Source: Flavobacteriaceae bacterium (lineage in GTDB: Bacteria > Bacteroidota > Bacteroidia > Flavobacteriales > Flavobacteriaceae). Taken from it: a DNA stretch of 64,000 nucleotides. Position 1 is the first letter of the stretch, and the number at the start of each line of letters is the position of its first letter. The notes beneath the pieces are model-generated. The model was given only the letters and a program-made list of their open reading frames with translations. It made no database searches and was not told the origin of the DNA. This document shows positions 36,135-43,816 of the stretch, piece after piece. The position numbers were made by a program, and so were the translations under genes. The stretch spans positions 4,920 to 68,919 of the forward strand of contig CANLLR010000010.1 of NCBI GenBank assembly GCA_947491985.1, in the 5' to 3' direction.

Positions 36135-37073
36135 ATGAAACATTGGATTCAAGCCGCACGAGTTAGAACATTACCATTGTCGGTTTCCGGGATTTTAGTA
36201 GGTAGTTTTTACGCCATGTCACAAGCTATGTTCAACTGGAAAATTGTCATCTTTGCGTTGTTGACTACACTGGGTTTGCAAATCCTGTCCAATTTTGCGA
36301 ATGATTACGGCGACGGAATGAAAGGCACGGACAACGAAGACAGAATCGGACCGAAACGCGCTATTCAAAGCGGATTAATTTCGCCACAAGCGATGAAAAG
36401 AGCTATGGTTTTTATGTCTGTTTTGACTTTGATTTTTGCCATTTGCCTGATTTATTTCTCTTTTAAAGATCGTTATTTATATTATTCGTTGGCATTTTTG
36501 TTTCTCGGAATTATTGCTATTGCATCGGCAATTCGCTACACTGTGGGTAAAAACCCTTATGGTTATCGTGGTTTTGGTGATGTATTTGTGTTTGTATTTT
36601 TTGGTTTGGTAAGCACGTTCGGAATATATTTTATGTTTTCTAAAGCATTCGACTGGTTGTTATTACTTCCAGCTACCGCAATCGGTTTTTTAAGTGTTGG
36701 CGTCTTAAATTTAAACAACATGCGCGATGAAGCATCCGATACCAAAGCCAACAAAAACACATTAGTGGTGAAAATGGGCGGCGCTTGGGCGAAAAAATAC
36801 CACTTTTTCTTAGTCATTTCGGCTATGGTTTTGGTGTTGTTATTTGCTTACTTAAACCATTTCAATTTTGATCAATACTTGTTTATCGTAGCCTATTTCC
36901 CTTTAACCAGTCATTTGATAACGGTGTATAGGAATAGAAATCCTAAATTACTTGATCCCGAATTAAAGAAACTCGCCATAAGCACGTTTATTTTAGCGGT
37001 TTTATTATCGTTAGCGTTGATTTTTTTGGTATCCGATTTAATTCTCTATTATTTAGAACAATATTTTAATTAA
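36135..37073 (+). CDS. menA: 1,4-dihydroxy-2-naphthoate polyprenyltransferase
   Basis: UbiA-fold polytopic protein with NDYGDGMKGTDN. Confidence 0.9.
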   Translation: MKHWIQAARVRTLPLSVSGILVGSFYAMSQAMFNWKIVIFALLTTLGLQILSNFANDYGDGMKGTDNEDRIGPKRAIQSGLISPQAMKRAMVFMSVLTLIFAICLIYFSFKDRYLYYSLAFLFLGIIAIASAIRYTVGKNPYGYRGFGDVFVFVFFGLVSTFGIYFMFSKAFDWLLLLPATAIGFLSVGVLNLNNMRDEASDTKANKNTLVVKMGGAWAKKYHFFLVISAMVLVLLFAYLNHFNFDQYLFIVAYFPLTSHLITVYRNRNPKLLDPELKKLAISTFILAVLLSLALIFLVSDLILYYLEQYFN

Positions 37074-37078
37074 ATATC

Positions 37079-37756
37079 ATGAAGATAACTTTTTACGGTC
37101 ACGCATCACTCGGAATTGAAGTAAGCGGAAAAAACATATTAGTTGATCCATTTATCTCAGGTAATCCCAATGCAGCTCACGTTGATATAAATGCGTTAAA
37201 AGCAGATTATATTCTACTAACTCACGCGCATCAAGACCATATTCTCGACGTTGAAGCTATTGCTACTCTCACCAATGCAGTTATTGTTTCTACATATGAA
37301 GTTGCTACGTATTTTGGAAATAAAGGATTTCAATACCATCCAATGAATCACGGTGGAAGTTGGGAATTCGATTTCGGAAAAGTAAAAATCGTAAGCGCCA
37401 TCCACTCTAGTTCTTTTCCTGATGGAAGTTATGGCGGAAATCCGGCCGGATTTGTTATCGAAGGCGAACACAAAAATATTTACATTTCTGGCGATACGGC
37501 ACTTACAATGGATATGAAACTTATTCCGATGCGCACAAAACTCGACTTGGCAATACTTTCTATCGGTAATAATTTTACTATGGATGTCGAAGATGCTATC
37601 ATTGCTGCCGATTTTGTCGATTGCGATAAAGTGCTCGGCGTGCATTATGATACTTTTGGGTACATCAAAATCGACCATGTAGCTGCCAAAAAGAAATTCT
37701 TTGATGCTGGAAAAGATCTAATGTTGTTGGAAATCGGACAAAGCATCGATCTGTAA
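37079..37756 (+). CDS. metal-dependent hydrolase, UPF0173 (metallo-beta-lactamase fold)
   Basis: It has MKITFYGHASLGIEV..ILVDPF and LLTHAHQDH. Confidence 0.85.
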   Translation: MKITFYGHASLGIEVSGKNILVDPFISGNPNAAHVDINALKADYILLTHAHQDHILDVEAIATLTNAVIVSTYEVATYFGNKGFQYHPMNHGGSWEFDFGKVKIVSAIHSSSFPDGSYGGNPAGFVIEGEHKNIYISGDTALTMDMKLIPMRTKLDLAILSIGNNFTMDVEDAIIAADFVDCDKVLGVHYDTFGYIKIDHVAAKKKFFDAGKDLMLLEIGQSIDL

Positions 37757-37916
37757 TTTTTTTTGAAGCCCTACCTGCCTGCCAGCAGGTATTCCAGCTA
37801 TTCGTTTCAATCTTTTTCTCGTAAGTTCGAGTTCGTTTGAAAAGAGGGTATCGAGAACCGAGAAAAAGGATTTACACTGCTGCCTGCCTGCCGGTAGGCA
37901 GGTCTGGGCTAAAAAC
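37757..37916. repeat. dispersed imperfect-palindrome element, copy B (with two nested GC-rich hairpins)
   Basis: It has the same conserved blocks as 6935-7058, plus ACCTGCctgccaGCAGGT and CCTGCCTgccggtAGGCAGG hairpins inserted symmetrically in both arms. Confidence 0.6.
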
Positions 37917-37955
37917 GGCATTCTATTTGCACAATGCTCTCTTAAATATCAAATC

Positions 37956-39152
37956 ATGCGATTACTAACACTACTTTTTTGCTGTTTTTCACTTCACATT
38001 TTTTCTCAATCTAAAGAAGGATTCTGGGACAATATTCGTACAACCAACGAAACTATCATCCTAAAATCGAGTGAAAAGAAAATGGTCAAATCAGCCGATT
38101 TTCCTGTAGGAACCACTGAAGCGGTTTTCCGAATTACCGTTTTAGACGACAATCAAAAAACATCCAGTAGTCTGGTTTCAGTTCTTAAAGCCATTCCAGA
38201 TCCAACCGGAATCAGTCAAGGTGCTGCTGGTGGCGTATTTTTGCTTTCAACCATTTCGGGTGAAGACAAATGCAAATACAGCATTTTTACTTCGGCTGTC
38301 GATGCTGAAAATTACATCAGAACAGGAGTGACAACCAATGCTTGTTATCTTCAAAAATCGGCTATTAATAAAGAAGTAAAACTTTTAATAAATGACTCTA
38401 AATGTTTGACATCCAATTCTAAAAATTTATATTTTGTTTTTGAAAGCGATAACTGGATCTTAACAGAAAAAGTAGTTCTAGAAATTGTACCATGGGTAAA
38501 CACAAAGTTAAGTCGCGGTTGGAATCCCATCACTAAAAACGAATTGCTTATTATCGCAACCCAATTGCAATGGACAAAAAAACTGACCAAAAAAGACCAG
38601 TTTTATGCTTGGTTTATAGGCAATATCCAAAGTAAGTATACGTATGCCGAGTTCAAGCAATTGATTCCCGTAGAAAAAAGCAACGCCATCGAAGTCGCTG
38701 TGGAAGAAAGCTTAAAAAAATCGGGCGAGTTAGAGAAATACTACACAACCATCCGCGACCAATCACTTCAGTTGTTCAAAGAAGGTAAAACCAACGCAGC
38801 AGTCGATTTGATCAAAGTTGAAATGATAGCCAAAAACAGAGCGACTTACAAAGATTATGGCGTTTTAGGTGATTATCATTTGCTTACACAACAATTTTCG
38901 GTCGCAGAAGGATATTACAATCAAGGAATGCAATTGAATCCAACAGAGATTTTATTTCAGCTCAATTTGGCGCACGTGTACCTGTTTACGAATCGAATGT
39001 CAGAAGCCAAAGCCATTCATAAAAAACACCGTAAAGAAAATCTCACTTCGGGTAAATCATGGACTGCGCAAACGCAATACGATTTTAAAGAGTTTGAAAA
39101 AAGAAAATTGCCGACCAACGACTTTAAAAAAATACTAAGAATCCTTGAATAG
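37956..39152 (+). CDS. hypothetical secreted protein with C-terminal TPR-like repeats
   Basis: 398 aa with a signal peptide and TPR-like YNQGMQLNP / LNLAHVYLF segments. Confidence 0.55.
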   Translation: MRLLTLLFCCFSLHIFSQSKEGFWDNIRTTNETIILKSSEKKMVKSADFPVGTTEAVFRITVLDDNQKTSSSLVSVLKAIPDPTGISQGAAGGVFLLSTISGEDKCKYSIFTSAVDAENYIRTGVTTNACYLQKSAINKEVKLLINDSKCLTSNSKNLYFVFESDNWILTEKVVLEIVPWVNTKLSRGWNPITKNELLIIATQLQWTKKLTKKDQFYAWFIGNIQSKYTYAEFKQLIPVEKSNAIEVAVEESLKKSGELEKYYTTIRDQSLQLFKEGKTNAAVDLIKVEMIAKNRATYKDYGVLGDYHLLTQQFSVAEGYYNQGMQLNPTEILFQLNLAHVYLFTNRMSEAKAIHKKHRKENLTSGKSWTAQTQYDFKEFEKRKLPTNDFKKILRILE

Positions 39153-39158
39153 TAAAAA

Positions 39159-40202
39159 TTGAAAGCGACCTATTATCAATATAATCTTCATTTTAAAAAG
39201 CCATCCGGAACATCGCGTGGTGTTTTGACCGACAAAGAAACCTGGTTTATTGTTCTTGAAAACAAAGGCAAAAAAGGAATAGGCGAGTGTGGTTTGTTGC
39301 GCGGATTGAGTTGCGATGATCGACCCGATTATGAAGCAAAATTACAATGGACTTGCAATAATATCCATCTTGGAAATGACTTACTTTGGGAAGCGCTTAT
39401 AGAGTTTCCTTCGATACAATTTGGCGTCGAAATGGCTTTCCAGTCGTTAGCAAGTGAGAGTCCTTTTTTACTCTTTCCATCACCCTTTACAGAAGGCGAG
39501 AAAGCCATCGATATAAACGGTCTTGTTTGGATGGGAGAAGCCTCGTTTATGAAGCAACAAATTCAAGAAAAATTATCGCAAGGTTTTAACTGTATCAAAC
39601 TCAAAATCGGCGCCATTGATTTTCAAAAAGAACTCGATTTATTACACTTTATTCGTCAAAATTTTGATGAAAACACCATAGAAATTCGAGTTGACGCTAA
39701 CGGCGCTTTTAGTCAATATGAAGCTTTAAATAAATTACATCAATTATCTGGTTATAAATTACATAGTATAGAACAACCTATTGCAAAAAACTACACTGAC
39801 AGTATGGCAGAGCTGTGTAAAATCACTCCAATTTCGATTGCATTGGATGAAGCGCTAATAGGTTTGTTTTCAATGACTGAAAAAGAGCAATTACTTCAAA
39901 AAATTAAACCACAATTTATCATTTTAAAACCGAGTTTTATAGGTGGATTTAGAGGAACAAGTGAGTGGATTTCTTTAGCAAAAAAGCACCAAATAGGTTG
40001 GTGGATTACGTCGGCTTTGGAGAGTAATATAGGCTTAAATGCGATAGCACAATGGACCTATTTGCAACACAATTTAATGCCGCAAGGATTGGGAACAGGT
40101 GGATTATATACTAATAATTTTGATTGTCCGTTGGACGTTTCTGGTGGAAAATTATGGTATAAAAATGAGTTTCCATGGAAATATGATCAGATTCAATTTT
40201 AA
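39159..40202 (+). CDS. menC: o-succinylbenzoate synthase (enolase superfamily)
   Basis: It has KLKIG, RVDANGAF, IEQP and LDE metal/acid-base motifs in order. The start is TTG at 39159. Confidence 0.8.
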   Translation: MKATYYQYNLHFKKPSGTSRGVLTDKETWFIVLENKGKKGIGECGLLRGLSCDDRPDYEAKLQWTCNNIHLGNDLLWEALIEFPSIQFGVEMAFQSLASESPFLLFPSPFTEGEKAIDINGLVWMGEASFMKQQIQEKLSQGFNCIKLKIGAIDFQKELDLLHFIRQNFDENTIEIRVDANGAFSQYEALNKLHQLSGYKLHSIEQPIAKNYTDSMAELCKITPISIALDEALIGLFSMTEKEQLLQKIKPQFIILKPSFIGGFRGTSEWISLAKKHQIGWWITSALESNIGLNAIAQWTYLQHNLMPQGLGTGGLYTNNFDCPLDVSGGKLWYKNEFPWKYDQIQF

Positions 40203-40207
40203 AAGAT

Positions 40208-40241
40208 AAAAAAAACCACTTAATTTCTCAAGTGGTTTCTT
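40208..40241. terminator. bidirectional intrinsic terminator
   Basis: AAACCACTT aatttctc AAGTGGTTT has flanking A and T runs and lies between convergent genes. Confidence 0.7.
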
Positions 40242-40271
40242 ACAAACAATTAACTAAAATTAAAAACTAAA

Positions 40272-42062
40272 CTAAAAGCAATAACTATTTTCGGCAACTA
40301 ATTTTGTAGTGATGGTTTCTCGTAATCCTACAATATTAGGCATGTTGGTGTATTTTGTAAAGCGGCGTAATCCCATAAGCATCATGCGCTGTTCATCGCC
40401 TTCTGCAAATGAAATAATGCTTTCTTTTCCTTTTTGGGTAATGATGTCAACGGCTTTATACAAATACAATTCGGCCATGGCAATTTGTTCTTTTACAGCA
40501 TCCTGTCCTTTCGATTTTACTAATTTTTCAGTTCGTAAAATGGTACTTTCAGCCATGTAAATTTCAATCAACATATCCGCAGCCGCAGTAAGCAATTGTT
40601 GGTGGTCTTCTAAATTGGGACCGTATTTTTGAACGGCACCACCAGCAACCATTAGGAAAGCCTTCTTCAATTTGGCAATCATTTCTTTTTCTTCTGAGAA
40701 TAATTCCGAGTAATCTGGCGTTTCAAAAGAAGGAATTCCCATCAACTCTTCTTGTACTTTTGAGGCTGGACCTAATAAATCAATGTGACCTTTCATCGCT
40801 TTTTTAATCAACATTCCAACCGAAAGCATGCGGTTAATCTCATTTGTTCCTTCGTAGATACGTGCAATACGAGCATCTCTCCATGCTGATTCCATTGGAG
40901 TGTCTTCAGAAAATCCCATTCCACCATAAATTTGAATACCTTCATCGGCACAATTTTGAACATCTTCAGAAACCGCGACTTTTAAAATGGAACATTCGAT
41001 AGCAAATTCTTCTACGCCTTTCAACTCAGCTTCTTGATGTGAATTTCCTTCTGCTTCACGCAATTTGATTCGGTTTTCAATATCTTTTGCTGCTCTGTAG
41101 GTAGCACTTTCACCTGCATAAGTTGAAGTTGCCATTTCGGCTATTTTATATCGAATAGCACCAAAACTAGAAATAGGTACGTCAAACTGTATGCGTTCGT
41201 TGGCATAATTTATTGCATTGGAAGTCACTCTTCTTTGCGCATCCAAACAAGCTGCTGCTAATTTGATTCGGCCCACATTCAAAGAGTTCATAGCGATTTT
41301 AAATCCGTTTCCTCTTTCCGATAGCATATTTTCAACAGGAACTTTAGTATCGGCAAAAAACACCTGACGGGTAGAAGACGCGCGAATTCCGAGTTTATGT
41401 TCTTCTTCGTTCATCGTAATGCCATTGGCTAGATCATTTTCTACTATAAAACCCGTAATGTTTTTGTCATCTTCGATTCGGGCAAAAACGATAAACACCG
41501 AACAGAATCCTGCGTTGGATATCCACATTTTTTGTCCCGTGATTTTATAATGCGTTCCGTCTTCAGATAAAACTGCTTTGGTTTTTCCAGAATTGGCATC
41601 ACTTCCGGCGCCTGGTTCTGTTAAGCAATAAGCGCCAAACCATTCACCAGAGGCCAATTTAGGCACGTATTTTAATTTTTGTTCCTCCGTCCCGTAAAGG
41701 GTAATTGGCATAGTTCCGATACCTGTATGCGCTCCAAATGCGGTAGAAAAAGAACCTGTAGCTCCCGAAATGTAATCACACACCAAACAAGTGTCTACAA
41801 ATCCCATTCCCATTCCGCCATAATTTTCAGGTACAGCAACGCTTAAAAAACCCATTTCACCGGCTTTTCGCATTACATCTTCAGTAAACTGATAATCTTT
41901 GGCTTCAAAGCGATTTTTGTTCGGCCATATTTCTTTATCAACGAATTCTTTAACAGAATCACGCATCATAATTTGCTCTTCTGAGAAATCTTCTGGAGTG
42001 AAGATGTCTTCGCATTTGGTTTCTTTTACAAGGAATTGCCCTCCACGTGTTATGTCGCTCAT
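40272..42062 (-). CDS. acyl-CoA dehydrogenase (long form)
   Basis: 596 aa with CLTEPGAGSD and IYEGTNEINR motifs. Confidence 0.9.
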   Translation of the reverse strand: MSDITRGGQFLVKETKCEDIFTPEDFSEEQIMMRDSVKEFVDKEIWPNKNRFEAKDYQFTEDVMRKAGEMGFLSVAVPENYGGMGMGFVDTCLVCDYISGATGSFSTAFGAHTGIGTMPITLYGTEEQKLKYVPKLASGEWFGAYCLTEPGAGSDANSGKTKAVLSEDGTHYKITGQKMWISNAGFCSVFIVFARIEDDKNITGFIVENDLANGITMNEEEHKLGIRASSTRQVFFADTKVPVENMLSERGNGFKIAMNSLNVGRIKLAAACLDAQRRVTSNAINYANERIQFDVPISSFGAIRYKIAEMATSTYAGESATYRAAKDIENRIKLREAEGNSHQEAELKGVEEFAIECSILKVAVSEDVQNCADEGIQIYGGMGFSEDTPMESAWRDARIARIYEGTNEINRMLSVGMLIKKAMKGHIDLLGPASKVQEELMGIPSFETPDYSELFSEEKEMIAKLKKAFLMVAGGAVQKYGPNLEDHQQLLTAAADMLIEIYMAESTILRTEKLVKSKGQDAVKEQIAMAELYLYKAVDIITQKGKESIISFAEGDEQRMMLMGLRRFTKYTNMPNIVGLRETITTKLVAENSYCF

Positions 42063-42071
42063 TGTTTTATT

Positions 42072-42103
42072 ATTTTAAATTTTGAATTATAAATTTTAAA
42101 TTA
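42072..42103. repeat. heptad arm TAAATTT TGAATTA TAAATTT TAAATTA
   Basis: The 29-mer at 42072-42100 is repeated exactly, inverted, at 46308-46336. A 25/27 inverted copy lies at 42513-42539. Confidence 0.9.
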
Positions 42104-42457
42104 TTTTACTTCTGTTGATGTTTTAATTGTTTTAGTGATTATGCTTATAATGTGTTCAATTTCAATTAAATATTTATCAACAGGGATTTTGGTTAACTTA
42201 GATTCATCTAAAAGTTTCAATCAATACTTTGTTTCTCGTGCTTCTTTTGATGCTATCGATAAATTATTAATAAAATCTTTCTTTAACTGAGCTGCAATTG
42301 CTTCTTCAACATTAGCTCCAATACTCGTTCCCAATCTTACTATTTGCTTAGAAATTATAAATTCATTTTCCTTTTTTAGTTGAATAAATAAATTTATGAT
42401 CGTGAGTGCAAAATCAAATGTCTTGTTGGCAATTAAATTTTCTTTAATGGTGTATAT
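42101..42457 (-). pseudogene. four-helix-bundle (23S-IVS/Avd family) pseudogene
   Basis: The minus-strand frame reads ..IKENLIANKTFDFALTIINLF..SKQIVRLGTSIGANVEEAIAAQLKKDFINNLSIASKEARETKY*LKLLDES.. with an in-frame TGA (42223..42221) where the family has Trp. No ATG/GTG/TTG occurs after the upstream in-frame stop. Confidence 0.7.
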
Positions 42458-42467
42458 ATAATTATTT

Positions 42468-42539
42468 TGAATGCTAAATTTTGAATTTTAAATTAATTGC
42501 CTCTCAGGAAACTATTTAAAATTTATATTTCAAAATTTA
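42468..42539. repeat. heptad arms on the other side of the pseudogene (direct 42468-42495, inverted 42513-42539)
   Basis: The direct arm is TGAATGC TAAATTT TGAATTT TAAATTA. It is followed by TATTTAAAATTTATATTTCAAAATTTA, whose reverse complement matches 42076-42102 at 25/27. It overlaps the thiolase stop codon. Confidence 0.85.
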
Positions 42540-43718
42540 TAATAGTTCGAAGACACCCGCACTTCCTTGACCCGTTCCCACGCACATGCTTACAATTCCG
42601 TATTTATCGCCACGGCGTTTCATTTCGTCAAATAGTTGAACTGATAATTTTGCTCCCGTGCAGCCTAATGGATGTCCTAATGCAATGGCACCACCGTTTA
42701 CGTTTACGATGTCGGGATTCAATCCCAATTCGCGAATAACGGCTAATGATTGAGAAGCAAAGGCTTCGTTCAATTCGATTAAGTTAATGTCGTTCAAAGT
42801 TAAACCAGCTTGTTTTAAAGCTTTCGGAATGGCTTTCACTGGTCCGATTCCCATAATTCTTGGTTCGACTCCAGCAGAAGCAAAATTCACCAATCGTGCA
42901 ATAGGCGTAATGTTTAATTCTTTTACCAACTCTTCGCTCATGATTAAAACAAAAGCAGCTCCGTCACTCATTTGCGATGAATTTCCTGCGGTAACACTTC
43001 CGTCAGCGGCAAAAACAGGTTTCAATTTTCCTAAAGCGGCTGTGTTGGTATCGGCTCTTGGTCCTTCATCTTTTGAAACTGTATAAGATTTTGTTTCTTT
43101 TTTTCCATTTTCGTTAAGGAACGTTTGTTCAATTATAATCGGAACAATTTGTTTATCAAATTTACCTTCAGCTTGCGCTTTCAAAGCTTTTTGATGCGAG
43201 TGAAAAGCAAATTCATCTTGATCTTCACGCGAAACGTTGAATTGTTTGGCTACAGCTTCGGCAGTTAAACCCATTCCCCAGTAGTAATCTTCGTTACCTT
43301 CTTTCGCTACTGCATAATCGGGTGTGGGTTTGTAACCTCCCATTGGGATAAAACTCATGCTTTCGGCTCCACCAGCAATGATGCAATCGGCCATACCGCT
43401 CTGAATTTTCGCCGTTGCCATTCCGATAGTTTCCAATCCAGAGGCACAATATCGATTAACAGTGACACCCGGAACATCGGTTACTTTTAATCCCATTAAG
43501 GAAATCAAACGACCTACGTTTAAACCTTGTTCGGCTTCAGGCATGGCGTTTCCAACCATTACGTCATCGATACGCTTTTTATCAAAATCAGGCAATTCAT
43601 TCATCAGGAACTGAATGGTTTCAGCTGCCAATTCGTCGGGACGTTTGAAACGAAAAACTCCTTTGGGTGCTTTTCCTACGGCGGTTCTGTAGGCTTTTAC
43701 TATGTATGCTGTTTTCAT
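42537..43718 (-). CDS. fadA: acetyl-CoA C-acyltransferase (thiolase)
   Basis: It has [35 protein letters not shown] and CVGTGQG. Confidence 0.95.
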   Translation of the reverse strand: MKTAYIVKAYRTAVGKAPKGVFRFKRPDELAAETIQFLMNELPDFDKKRIDDVMVGNAMPEAEQGLNVGRLISLMGLKVTDVPGVTVNRYCASGLETIGMATAKIQSGMADCIIAGGAESMSFIPMGGYKPTPDYAVAKEGNEDYYWGMGLTAEAVAKQFNVSREDQDEFAFHSHQKALKAQAEGKFDKQIVPIIIEQTFLNENGKKETKSYTVSKDEGPRADTNTAALGKLKPVFAADGSVTAGNSSQMSDGAAFVLIMSEELVKELNITPIARLVNFASAGVEPRIMGIGPVKAIPKALKQAGLTLNDINLIELNEAFASQSLAVIRELGLNPDIVNVNGGAIALGHPLGCTGAKLSVQLFDEMKRRGDKYGIVSMCVGTGQGSAGVFELL

Positions 43719-43736
43719 ATTTTTAAGTTTTTTTGG

Positions 43737-43806
43737 AACACAGATTTGAGAAATTTTAAAAATCTAAGAAATTATTAAAATTTCTCGAATTTCTTAAATC
43801 TGTGTT
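43737..43806. repeat. 70-nt extended hairpin in the operon-internal spacer
   Basis: AACACAGATTTGAGAAATT (43737-43755) pairs over 19 bp (one G-U on the plus strand) with AATTTCTTAAATCTGTGTT (43788-43806). There is an inner GAAATT/AATTTC hairpin. Confidence 0.7.
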
Positions 43807-43816
43807 GCTCCTTATA

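Noticed and set aside
37718-37921. 67-aa minus-strand ORF (..CLPAGRQ..IPAGRQVG..)
   Set aside because: It lies entirely within repeat copy B. The peptide is produced by the GC-rich palindromic hairpins and has no start context, so it is a repeat artefact.
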